DNA of 64,000 bases from Raillietiella orientalis (taxonomy: Eukaryota). Below the pieces are notes generated by a model, which searched no databases, was not told the origin of the DNA, and saw nothing but the letters and a program-made list of their open reading frames with translations. Below, piece by piece: positions 52,801 to 64,000 of the stretch. The first letter of the stretch is position 1. Every line of letters starts with the position of its first letter. The DNA is taken from the NCBI GenBank assembly GCA_036172245.1, contig JAYWIR010000016.1:186001-250000 (forward strand), written 5' to 3'. The translations under genes and the position numbers were made by a program.

Positions 52801-55800
52801 GTCGATAGTTGTTGAGGCAGCAATGCATGCAAGAGCTAGGAAGACGACTTTGGGTAGGCAAAATGATTGGATTTCACATGACTACGCGTGAGTTCCCGTT
52901 TCCGCGTGACGGGTCCCCGTCGCTTGGCTGCACGCCGGAAGGAGTGGTCGTGACCGGTTTGGGTTGCCGAGGCGAGCATTCCTTGGAGGGAAGGAAGGGG
53001 CGATTGCCGGACGCTCGAAGGCTTCGCGCGTGGACGGACGGACTTGCAGCCACGGCATCGTCGCCTCTCGCATACCCTGGAAGCGAACCTTTCCCTATCC
53101 CGAGCAGTGGTCAGCATGAAACAGTTCGTCTTCGCGGAGGCGTTGCGGGAACAGGTGAATCCCGTCGATGAGATGGCGGGATCAGGGTGCGCTTGGGACG
53201 CAGCAGACATCCGGTTGTCCGGGAAATGTCTGCAGCGGAAAGTGCAAGACCTGTTTTTGTCCCTGTCTCTCCGTTCTGCCCTGCGGACGACTCGAGTTGC
53301 CTGCATCCGATGCGGGCTTGTGGTGGTCCAGCCACTGGCCTGGTCGTGAGGCGTTGTGTTGGCCGATTTCGGAGGTGTGTCGACGACACGTCCCGTAGGC
53401 GGTCTGGAAAGAACAGGAAGCAGAGAGCCAGAACCTCTTTCAAATTACCGAACTACGCGCCGGTCCCGGAAACGCGAGTCTCCGCAGCCGTGGGATCGCC
53501 GATAGGTCGGGATTCAGAGTTGCTGGGGGGTGGCGAGAAGAATGGGACGACAAAGATGACTGAGATCCCACATTCGGGATTGAAAGGGCGTGTGTCCTCT
53601 TCCTCGTGGCCTTTCCTGTGCCCGCTCCTGCAAATCCGCACGGTGTGCAGCGGGAAGCAGGAAAGCGTTTGCCCGGTCAGCTGCGGATGCTGCGAAGGAA
53701 GCTGCCTCCCCTTTACGAATTCTTTGCGGTGAAAAAGGTAGCCTACGACATCGAAGTCGACGCCGGCGGTGCAGACTTTGCATGCTGCGTTTTCCAGTTC
53801 TTTTTCTTTCGTGTATTTTCCTTCAGCCGTGAACCGATGCTCGCAACGAGGCTGCGAGTAGCACAATTCGCTTCCGGAAAAACGGCCTTTTCCTGTTTAG
53901 CCCACCGCTGCCTCCGCTGGACTCTTTTCCCCCCACTGTCACTCGCACTTGCCTGGGGGGAAACGGGAAGAGGAAGTACGAAGGCTGGACTCGTTCCCCC
54001 GCTTGCGCTGCCAGGTTTCCAGGGCATGGTTTCAGAAGCGGGGTCGGTATGCCCGGGATCTGGGGATGGAGGACGCTCGTGGTCTGCGCGAAGACTCCGG
54101 TCGGTCCGCAAAGGTCTTCGACCTGCCCTTCGCGCTGCATTTTCCCGCGCCACTGCCTGCCGCCGCTCTTCACCTCCGTTTGGTTCGGAAAGCCAGGTTT
54201 TGCTGTTGAACCACCCGACGTCTCCCTCAAATGTGCCTGTGAGATCCACCGCGGTCGTCCTTTCAAGTTGTCCCACGTGGGTTATCGTGGCTTTGGCTTT
54301 GTTTTTCTCAAGTGAATCCTTCAGTAATCTTCTCGCAAAAAAGTGTCCTTGAAAAGAGTTGACAAGGAAGCGCAGCGCGACCTCTCCCCATGCTCTTGGA
54401 ACGAGTGCAAATCATCCTTCGGTCTCCCAAGACGTTCATCAGCGTTACGGTTTATCCGCTTGCGGAGCAGCGACGGACCGGGGACCGCCGTTCCGTGCTG
54501 CCCTGCCGTTTTCGTTGCGCTTCTCCCGGGTATCTGTGTCTTTCGTCTGTTTCTCTATGCGTTCCAGAACGCTGGCGCTGCCGCCCGAAGTGCTGGCTTT
54601 GCCGTGGGGAAGACCTGCCTGTCTTTGGGCTGCCGGGATACTCCCGTCCCACGTCGTTCCCGACGGCCCGTTTCGCAAACCGTGAATTTTGCTGCGGATT
54701 TGCGCTCGGAGGATTGTCCCCGCTCGCGTGGTCGTGCGCGACCAGCTGACCTCCCCTGAAACGGAACGGAAGGCACGTCCTTGCAGTCGATGTTCGGAGG
54801 TTGCGCCTTGGAGGAGATTTCTTGCTAGCTCTTCTTCTTCCTTGGGATCTTTTGCCGCGTCTCTTCCGACGTCTCATCCATCGGGGGGCTTTAGATTTTT
54901 CGAGGGCCTCTGTCGCGGCGAGGCGTTTCGAGCACTCCCGTCTGTCCTGACCGTGCTGGCACTTGTGCTTCCAGATCGACGCGGAGAAGCCTTGCATAAA
55001 GAAGGTCATCCAAAAGATTGAGGATGGCGAGGCGAAACTGGGCGCCCTCGCCATTTCGGCGGTCGAAACCGCGGAGGACTTCGTTCTCAAGGTGGGCTGA
55101 GCCCCTCCCTTCGTGGAAAAGACTTCCGCGTGTCCCTTTGCCTTCCCAGGTTTTGGAGACGGGCTGGAGCGTTTGCAACTTCCATGCCCTCCCTCCCTGG
55201 CTGCAGGACAATGACTTCCTGCACAATTGGCACCGACCCCCCATGCCGTCCTTCTTCGCCTGCCTGAAAAGTATCTTCCGCATCCACACGGAAACCGCCA
55301 ATATTTGGACCCACTTGTTGGGTTGCGTGGCCTTCATCGGCGTGGCAACCATCTTTTTGCCGCAGTTCTCCAGTCAGTTCTCTTCCGTGGATAGGGTCGT
55401 TTTCGGAGTGTTTTTCATGGGAGCCATCCTGTGCCTCGGGCTCTCCTGTGCCTTCCATACGCTTTACTGCCATTCTCAGGGAATGGCTCTTCTGTTCAGC
55501 AAGCTGGACTACTGCGGTATCGCCTTGCTGATCATCGGGTCGTTCGTCCCCTGGCTCTATTACGGATTCTATTGTGACTACTACCCCAAGGTCATCTACC
55601 TGTCCATGGTCATCACCCTCGGTGTCTCTGCGATCGTCGTCTCCCTCTGGGACAAGTTCAGCGAGCCGCACTTCCGCACCGTGCGGGCGGCGGTGTTCAT
55701 GGTGTTCGGACTGAGCGGGGTGGTGCCGGCGTTCCACTTCATGATCTCTAACGGGTTCGTGAAGGCCGTCGAGGAAGCTTCGTTGGGATGGCTCATCCTC

Positions 55801-56019
55801 ATGGCCACCCTGTACATCGCCGGGGCGCTGCTGTACGCCATGCGCGTCCCGGAAAGGTTCTTTCCGGGAAGGTGCGACATTTGCTTCCAGAGCCACCAGA
55901 TCTTCCACGTGCTGGTCGTGGCGGCGGCCTTCGTGCACCTGCACGGGATCTCGGAGATGGCCCTGTATCGACTGGGTGTGGGGACGTGCCCCATGATAGA
56001 GAAGCAGCCACTCGTGTGA
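49817..56019 (+). CDS. AdipoR: Adiponectin receptor (PAQR family, 7TM, Zn-binding)
   Basis: Exons 49817-49921 (Kozak-like atcaccATGG, donor GAA|gtaagc; attachment inferred from phase), 54975-55091 (…ETAEDFVLK) and 55150-56019. The last exon has LPPWLQDNDFLHNWHRPPMPSFFACLKSIFRIHTETANIWTHLLG, SCAFHTLYCHS, LDYCGIALLIIGSFVPWLYYGFYC, RVPERFFPGRCDI and QSHQIFHVLVV, with the Zn ligands intact. Confidence 0.93.
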
Positions 56020-56393
56020 TACAGCGAAGCACTTGCACAGCGCCTTCTTCGTGGCCCCTCGGTTCTTCCTCTTCGCAAACGACAGAAGGATGCACTTGGA
56101 TCACGAAGATGCGAGCGTCTCCTGTTCTATTGCCCCCCTCCCCCCCCCTCCCCCTATCCATCCATTCATCTATCCATCCGACCCACGGCGCTGAAAGAGG
56201 AGTTTCGCATCCAGTGAAAAAAAAAAAAAAGAAAACTGCGTACTCCGGTGCAACGCGATTCCCACCACGATCGCGTTTCCCATTCAGCAGAGTATTTATT
56301 CGGTACTCACCGGCCCGCGCTTCCCGTCGCGTAGGAGCCAAGGCGGGACTGCTGTCCACATTTTTGTACCCTTTCGAAAACATGGAAATTTCG

Positions 56394-56399
56394 AATAAA
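56394..56399 (+). terminator. Candidate polyadenylation signal of AdipoR
   Basis: First AATAAA downstream of the stop at 56019; a longer 3' UTR cannot be excluded. Confidence 0.35.
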
Positions 56400-59300
56400 A
56401 GGCGACGACGTCGATTCCTTTCCCTCTCTTGCCCGCCCTCGCGGCCCGAGTGCAGGAGGTGAGATGAATGGGGGAGGGAAGGAAGGGGGGGGGGAGGGGG
56501 AGGAAATAAACGGAACGGACGCTTCTTACCCGCTTCGGGGTGCTCACCAACGTTTTTTGTCTCGCGTCTTGGGGTCTCGTCTTCCTCTTCCGCGCGGCGC
56601 CGTGTGCGTCCCGCCCTGCGCGCCTCGCCCTGGATTGCCGCGCCGCCGGCGTGAAGCACGCAGCTCGCGGCCGGACAGGGGTCGTTCGCTTCGGGCCGCG
56701 CGGAGAGTCCGCGCCACAGATTGGTGCAGGCGGAAAGCGCAGCAAAGGTGAGCGAGTCCGCTCTCCCTCTTTCGTGGGTCCGTCCGGCACGCACGCACTC
56801 ATCGTTCGAAAGAGCGGGCGCCCCCGGAGGCTTCCCCCCACCTGCTTGCGAGCAAGGCCGGGATACGCCCGTAGAGCCGGTGGGGCAAGTGCAGTACCAC
56901 TGCCGGCGACACGACTCGGCGCGCGCGGGTCGCGGGTGGGTGAAGAGGGGAGGTTTCGATGGATACCCTCGTCGAGTCCGTTGCCCGCGCCTACGGGTGG
57001 GATGAAGCCACGACGGGTCTCGCGCGCCGCCGCCACCACCGACAGGCGCATCGGCCCCTCTCCGCCGCTGCTTCCCTCGTCCGGCGGACGAGTCCTACTC
57101 CCCATTCCGTCCCCTCCGGTGTGCCTGCCTGCTTTTCCCTTCGCGGGAAAGGGGAAGCGCAGGCAAGCCGTTCGTTCGACCTCTGCGGAGCTCCGTCTTC
57201 CCGTTGGAGGTGGAGAGATGTTTCTCTCCGCAGCTTCATCCCTCGTGAAGAGCCTCGCAAGGAGGGCGTTCCTGTTCGGTGGGGATGACGCCGTTCCTCC
57301 TCGCGACCCGTTCCCCTTTCCGCTTCTGGCGCGCTCAGCGTTCCCGCCCGCACGAGATCCGTGCGATGGCCGGGTCGAGCAGACGGGGCGTGAAGGAACT
57401 TCCCCCTATAAGGGGAATTTCGCTCCGTCCCGTGGCGCGGGAAGACATTTCCCGTCCCTTGGGCTGCCGCGAGTCCCTCCCTGCCCGTCCTGCAGAAGCT
57501 GCCCCTGGTCTGTGGTGACCTCGCCACGCGCGTGCCTTGGGTCTGCAGTCCGCGGCAAGCAATCTCGCGTGGGGAACGCCCCTCTCCCTGATCCCTTGGC
57601 TTGAAAGCGGATGGACCGAAGCCGGATCTCGCGTACCTGCGCGCGCGCGCTTGTGCCCAAGGGGGTGAAGGCTCGGTGCATGCGGTCGATCGTGGGAGCC
57701 GGGGCAGGGAGGCAGCAGCCGGCAGCCTCTCGGGCGACCGCAAGGGACGCCTCCGTGAGGAAACCCCGCGCCGGATCTCCAGGCTGGGATCGCCCTCCGG
57801 CTCTCCGCCACGAGAGGGATGAGTGGACGAAGGGCTCCTCACGCGAGCTCGCGGCTCGCGCCCTGAGGTATCGAGGACATGTGGGTCGAGCCGCGAAGCA
57901 CTTCGGTTGCGGCCTCATCCCCTTCTTTTTTTTCCCGTTTAGGAAGAGCATCGGTCGCCAGGGGCGCGCCGTTCGAGATCCAGCCGGCGCGGACTTCTCC
58001 ACTGCCTCGTCGTGGCGTGCCCCACGGCGCTGGGGCGGCCGTGCATCCGTCGATTCTGGGCGTACTTCCTCGTCCGTCGCACCCGCGTGGGTGCGCACCC
58101 CCCAGCGGTTTTGCCGAACAAGTTGGCTGCCTCCGCCGGCGGAGCCCTTCGAAACGTGTGCGGGGGGTAGTGGGAACGAGAATAAGTGGGGAGGAGAGGG
58201 CCGTTTGTTCGTGAGGTGCGACGCCCGTCCGCCTACGAGCCCCCGTGACGTCAAGAGCAGGCGACTGCCGGATCGGCTTCTCGGATGAAGGCGGCGGAGT
58301 TCCTTCGCAGCTCCCCGCGGAAGGCGAACCTTCCTCCGTTCCGGGAGCAGCGCCTCCCTCGGCGGAGGCGGCGGAGGCACGCGGTTCCCCGAGACACTGG
58401 TGGTGCACTGGCATTTCGCTCCGTGAGGAGGGTGGGGAGGGGAGAAGGGGGAAAAACTTTCGGGATGGGACCGAACGCGCATGCTCCCCGCGCTGGTTCT
58501 CGCTGAAGGCTCTCCGACGAGCCTTTGCTCCCTTCTGCTCTCCGTTTGGTTTCCTAGTCACCCGCCACGCGGCGCGCCAGCGGAGGCGTCGCAGCGAGCG
58601 CAGTCACGCGCGTGAGAGACCCTCCTCGAAGGGGGGAGACTCTCGGCCCAGCGAGTCTACCCCTGCCTCCTTCCCAACCTCCCTTCGCCGCCGCTGCCGC
58701 CAACTCCCCCGGGAGGCCCCCGGTGCGTGAAGCGAGAGGTCGTCCCCGGGGAAGCGTTGGCGCGAAGGCCGCCACACTGCGCGCCCGCGAGGGTGTGTCG
58801 GCGCAGAGCTCTTCCCCTCGGCTCCGGCCAAGTTGCCGGGAGACCCCTGGTGAGAAGAGGCGCGTCTGCACGCAAACGGGGACTCCCAAGAGAGTCTGCC
58901 AAGGGAAAAGCAAGGAAAAATGGGGCGAAGAAAAAGGAGGAGGAGGAGCATTCAATCTTTCACGAGGGAGGCAGAAGGAGCTGTGGGCGAAGAACTGCGG
59001 CGCCGAGGCGGGGAGGAGATGCGAGCGGGAGAGGAGGCGTCTCGGACGGGCCGTTGCCGTCCCTACCCGCGATGGGCGCTCCCCTGCGCCGGCACCGCGC
59101 CTCGGTCCACGGAGCCAGGAAGCGTCGAAATTCGACCGAGCTGGTCAGCCTGAAGCCCACTGTGGCGCTATGGCGTGAGTCCGCGATTTCTGGAGACGGC
59201 GCGAGAAAGGACTCCCGCCCTTCCAAGCGCCCGCGGCTCCAGTCGTTTCACTTTGCCATCCAACCTCCTTCCCTTCCAGACCAAGGAGAGAAACGCGGGC

Positions 59301-59646
59301 AGGCGGGAGGGAGGATGGTGATGATGACCTCTACTAGGAGCATGGGAGGACGATGCGCCGTCCGCCATCTTGTTGGGCCGCCTCCGCGCGCCCGGCGCCG
59401 TCGCGACCCTGTCTGTAGCGCGGCACATCCTCCCGACGGAAGGGAACACGAGACTGCCTTTCAGAGTAGCAGGCACAGCATGAAAGCATGTTCGAGAGGA
59501 ACTCGTATACACAAGGATAACGTGCCTGTACAGATGTGTGTGCACGGCGACGACTGCAATCTGTGCATCGATATGTACTATGCATGTCTCGATGTTTCTC
59601 GTGTCAAAGCGTTTTATGTAGTATCATTCTGAACTGCATGTCTGTC

Positions 59647-59761
59647 GACGTGTGCATGGCGCACGTCTCCACCTGTGTGCCACGGACGTGTCGTTCCGAG
59701 TTGCGTGTGTGGACGTGTGGCATGCGCTCCTCCACTTGTGTGGCGCGTACGTCTCATTCTG
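59647..59761. repeat. Degenerate tandem duplication, 65-bp period
   Basis: gacgtgtgcatggcgcacgtctccacctgtgtg (59647) versus gacgtgtggcatgcgctcctccacttgtgtg (59712). Confidence 0.6.
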
Positions 59762-60581
59762 TGCCTTGAAAGTGCCTACCCATCTACACCGTGTATGTGC
59801 TGGTGTGACCTCATGCTGGATTGTCGGGCTTGTACATCGCTGTACATTTGATTTATTTAAACAAATCAACTATACAGCAGGGGAGGTTCGTTCGTTTCGG
59901 ACCGACTTGTGTCCGCTCAGAACGGAGAAGACGAAACCTTACTGGGAGTAGAAGTGGGAGAGCAGTGGAGGGTAAGGGAGAGGAGGGTAGATAAGTAAAT
60001 AATTCGAGGGGTGTGGCCGCACGCTCCTGCCTCCTCTTCCTCCCCCCCCTCTCCCACGGTCGGCGTTAGTTGCTGTCGTGCTGCCCCTGGTTTCAAGCCA
60101 TTCTGGCTGCGACCGCGCTCAAATTTCATCTTCCAATTTGGTCCTCCTTCATCCTCGCCTTGCATGAGGATCGACGTGGGTCACGTGTGTGTCCATCTGC
60201 GCCGCGTTTGCATCGATGCATGCCGCGTGCATACACACGCTGGCACGTGGTCCGTGCACCAACAGCTCCCTTCCCGAAGTCCGGTGTCTCCGCTCGGGGC
60301 ACGGGCAGCCCCTGCGCGACCGCGGCGTCGGCGGCCCACTTCTGGAGACGCACACCGTGTCTCCCGGACCAACGAGACGGTCTGCACGGGCGAGGCAGCG
60401 GGGGAGGGTCTCCCTTGCCGGCGCTTCCTGAGTCGCCTCTCCAGCGAGGCGGCGCCGCGGCAGCGTGCGGTGTGCGGGCCTGCGAAACGGAGGTTCCCTC
60501 CCCGGACGTGTCCCTCGGACGCTGCTGTACAGACCTCTCCTCGAGGAGGAGGGGCGTTGCCCCCCGGGTACTCCCGGGGCG

Positions 60582-63500
60582 TTTATTAAAAAACTCTACA
60601 CTACGTGGTACAAGGTCTCACTAACGGCCAACGACACCGGACCTGCCATGACGACGGTACACAGACCAGCGTGACTCTCCTCGGCAGTGAAAGGGGGTGG
60701 GGAGAAAACAAAAAGAAAAATAAAAGAAACAACAACAACAAAAAAAGAGTTTGGAGGGCAGGGAAGGGATTACAGTTCACTGGGAGGAGGGCCCATCCTT
60801 TGCAGGAAGCCCTCGAGGTCCATCCGCATCTGACCCAGTTGGGGCAATCCGGCAGCTCTCTGCATGAAGCAAACTGCATACTGGATGACGTCCCTCTCGT
60901 TCTCATCCTGTTCTTCGTTGTCGGCATCGCTCCAGTCCGTCACGATGCCTCGGATGCAGCAAAGTGCGGCTGGCTGCAGGGCGTCCCGCACGAAGAGAAG
61001 CCGGAAAACGTCTTTGGGCTCGCTGCCCATCAGGAGCCCGAGGGTCGTCGTTCCCATGGGGGTCGGAGGGCAGCACAATCAACAATAAGGTGGGGAAGCG
61101 ATTCCCGCTCCCCACACCTGGAGCACTGAGGATTCACAGCTCCCCTTGTCCAGTGGAAGCGGCGAGCGTTGCAGGGTAAACCCCAGTGCAACAGTAGCAG
61201 CGCCGACTCTTGCCACTTAAGGGGCGGATCCTGGATTCCTTCAAAACCGGGGGCCACTTCAGTTCATCCGTCCGGATGCAGAGCAGCTCGCCCCATATCA
61301 ATAGTCCTCGCGGATGGACGCTCGGGGTCGTGGCGTCAGCCAGCTCTCCCATGGTCCAGCCGCTGATCAACTTCTCTCTGCCTGCGATTCGGCAGAAGAC
61401 TTGCCACCTCGGCGTCCGGCTGCTGTGAAGTGTCCTCCTCAGAAAGGACGTCGCCGTAGCAAGGGGGGTCGTCTCCGTTCACGTGTAACTCGCGGGAAAT
61501 TCCAGTATTTCCCGCAGAATGCGGCGGGCGTATATGCCGGTCCGCAGCCACGTCTCGTGGCTTCCCTCGTTGAGCTTCGCCCAAGTGCCAGCGGTCTCCT
61601 CCAGCCAGGCGGAGGAGTTGGCGGGGCTGCATAGCATCCAGCCGTTTTCCTTTGTCAGGGAGGCCATGCGTCCAAGGAGCAGGCCGCATCTTCGAATCTT
61701 CTGGCCGCGGCACAGAAGAAACGACGCGAGTCCTTGAGTCCTGGACACACGGCTGGCGAGGATTCGGGCCGGAACACACCAGGGGGTGCTCCACATCTTC
61801 GCCGCGATGGGCATGGTGCGCCATCGCAGCTGTATTTCCACGCGCTCCAGGAGGCTAAGACCGCCGTCCCGACGCGGAGCGCAAAAGTCCTTCAAAGGGA
61901 CTCGGGGTCTCCCATTGCGCCAAAGGACGATGCGGAGGAGGTCCTTCGTCCTCTTCATTATTTCTACGGGGACGGGGCAAACAAAAAAAAGGGGGCAGAG
62001 GATGGGGGCCGCGAACGCGTTCCAATCGCGGCCCCCATCCTCCGTTTTCCCTTGCTAGGAGCGAGGGATGCCGGAAGGGCAGTCAGATGCAGAGCGAGGC
62101 AAGGGGGATGGAGGAAGCCTCGCCTCCGTCCCGGGCCCAGGGCTGGAGCAGAAGTCGAGAAGCTCCGTCTGCCTGGAGGGACCTCTGGAGCGAGCCGTCC
62201 TTCGACTCTTGCTCGAGGTCCCTCCTTCGGGAGCAAGCGGGATCCCTTCGTGGCTCGATCCCGGGCGACCTCTTGATGCCCAGTCGGGTTCCGGGAAAGG
62301 TGCATGGGCGATTCCGAAGAATGGAGGGGGAGGGGGTGTGATCCCACCGCGCGCGGCGAGGTCTCCCTCCAGGGGATCTTTCACACGAGTTCAGAGACGC
62401 TCGCGCCAACGATCGCTCGCTTCCCGCCTTTCCCACCGGGAGCGGTCGGGGCCCTGAGTTTCTCTCTACCGATGCTCTCGCGATGCGGACGCGTGGGCGG
62501 ACGCGACCGCCTTGGGGGTGTCGTTTCCGCGAGCGACACGACCCCGACCTTTTCCGGAGGAGGCACAGGGGCAGCGTCACCCCTCGTTTCCCGAGTTGTG
62601 AAGCCCGCGGTTTCTGTAAACGCCGGCCACCATGGCTACGGCCACCTCCTTACTCGTACCTGCGTGGGGGCGGTAGGATGCGGGAAACCAGAGGGTAGGG
62701 ACAGGGGAGGAGGGAAAAGTCTCTTCTTTGGCGCGAGAGCTGGGTGGGTATGCGAAGTGGGTGGGTATGGACAGTGACGGTGACTTCATCCCGAGGGGTC
62801 CCCCACTCCTCTGGCAGGATTGCGCGTCGGGGTGTTGCGTATCAACGCCGCGGTCCCGGTCGGCAGCGTCCACAACTCCGCCGCGGGCCTTTAGCAGTTC
62901 CCCCTCATCGTTGTGCACCGTCTGCAGGCAATGAGGTCAGTTTGGAGCCGAGTCCAGCTTTCCGACCGGGACGAGAAACCATGGCGACCCCTCTGGAGCG
63001 GGGAGAAGGAGGGGGAACCATGCTCGGAGGTGACGACCGGAGCAGACTCTCCGGGCGACCGACGGATCGGCGCATTCTCAGATTCCGCGGGTCGGCGGCG
63101 ACTCCGCTGCTGCTGCGACCACCTAGTGCACACAGCGCCGCCGCCGGCGCCACGCCTCCAGGTGCTCCCCTAGGGAAAGGAGAAAAGTGGAATCCCTACA
63201 AGGGAGCATCCCGGACTGCGGCAGCGCATTCGGAGGCGTCCCGCTCCCAGGACGGAGTGCCGCGGCTCCCGGAATATGCTCCTGGTGGTGGTGCGAGCCT
63301 TCTCAGTCTCGAGGGTGTCGAAGTCCCAAGACGGGATGCGACAGGTGGCAGGCCGACGTCACTGGGTAACCAGTCACTGCTCCAGTCTCCTCTTCCCCTT
63401 CCTACTGCTGCTATCGCCGCTACCACTGTTCTCTCCTGCTGCTACCACCCTCCTCCTCCTCTTCCTGCTACTATGACTACTGATGCTGATGCCGTACTCT

Positions 63501-64000
63501 CGCTTCTACCATTCTTCTCGTTTTCCTTCTATTACTATCCCTTCCTTCTTTCTTCCTCCTCCTCCTCCTGGGATTCCGACTCCTTCCTGCTCCGCGTCTG
63601 GCCGCAGCCAGCTTACCCCTCGCAGCAGGGGACTTCAACATCCGCTTGCTCTGAATCGAAGCGCATCCCTCCTGATCCTACGCTCGAACGGCAGCGGGAA
63701 CCGGTTGGCGCACCGCGAATCTGTTGGCAGGCAAAGCCGCGGAGTGTGACTCGATCGACCGCGAGCGTTCCTCGACGGTCACCTGCGTTCGCAGGTGGCG
63801 CGCCGAGGGAGAACATGGTCGATCCTGTCAAATCACTCCAGGGACCGAGCCGAAGCTGGTGGAGCCCTAAGGCAGAGATTCGCAGGATGCCTGAAGTCCG
63901 GATCGACCACCCGGAAGTCCGGGAAGAACTCAAGGCTTTCCCGGCGGGCTGCTCTGTTGACATGGGACAGACCGGGATCGCATTTAGGGATTCCCTGCTC
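60582..64000 (-). mobile_element. Degenerate non-LTR retrotransposon (L1/Tx1-like ORF2 remnants), running off the window edge
   Basis: On the - strand: AP-endonuclease-like FDRIDHVL...SSHTP (about 63830-63740, with an in-frame stop); post-RT motif LWRNGRPRVPLKDFCAPRRDGGLSLL (about 61925-61850); zf-RVT-like HWGLPCNARRFHW...CSRCGERESLPHLIVDC (about 61190-61075); T-rich 3' UTR and AATAAA near 60582-60587. Multiple frameshifts. Confidence 0.75.
63385..63600. repeat. Low-complexity pyrimidine-rich triplet region (CCT/CTT/CTA/CTG) interrupting the LINE remnant
   Basis: Degenerate triplet runs such as cctcctcctcttcctgctactatgactactgatgctgatg. Confidence 0.7.

Noticed and set aside
55018..55149. N-terminus of the listed AdipoR ORF (MRMARRNW…)
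   Set aside because: Wrong frame plus intron; the coding path uses exon 54975-55091 spliced to 55150.
55087..55944. 285-aa minus-strand ORF
   Set aside because: Antisense shadow of the GC3-rich AdipoR exon.
56296..59632. Long ORFs (up to 358 aa) on both strands downstream of AdipoR
   Set aside because: Low-complexity R/P/G/A translations typical of stop-poor GC-rich non-coding DNA.

Overview
Eukaryotic (invertebrate-like) genomic DNA. Four intron-containing genes, all on the + strand, can be reconstructed by hand from splice sites and protein motifs: an ATF7IP/windei-like SETDB1 cofactor (5345-19058), meiotic MEIOB (19942-25683), NAT9 (29461-32189) and an adiponectin receptor/PAQR gene (49817-56019). 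A decayed L1/Tx1-type LINE lies on the - strand at the right end (about 60582-64000). Composition is strongly blocky: AT-rich and CpG-depleted at about 2.3-19.4 kb and 47.3-49.7 kb, GC/CpG-rich elsewhere, where most listed ORFs look spurious. The least explained feature is a pair of diverged ~420-470 bp direct repeats (36.7-37.15 kb and 39.35-39.77 kb) built from recurring C6-7/loop/G6 hairpins followed by TCCCTCC, with stems kept and loops changed. Other oddities are 42-54 nt introns, a GC-AG intron, a 3.9 kb MEIOB intron that may host an antisense gene, and many G/C homopolymer runs. Gene identities come from recalled family motifs, not database searches; no prokaryotic-type system (e.g. CRISPR) is evident.
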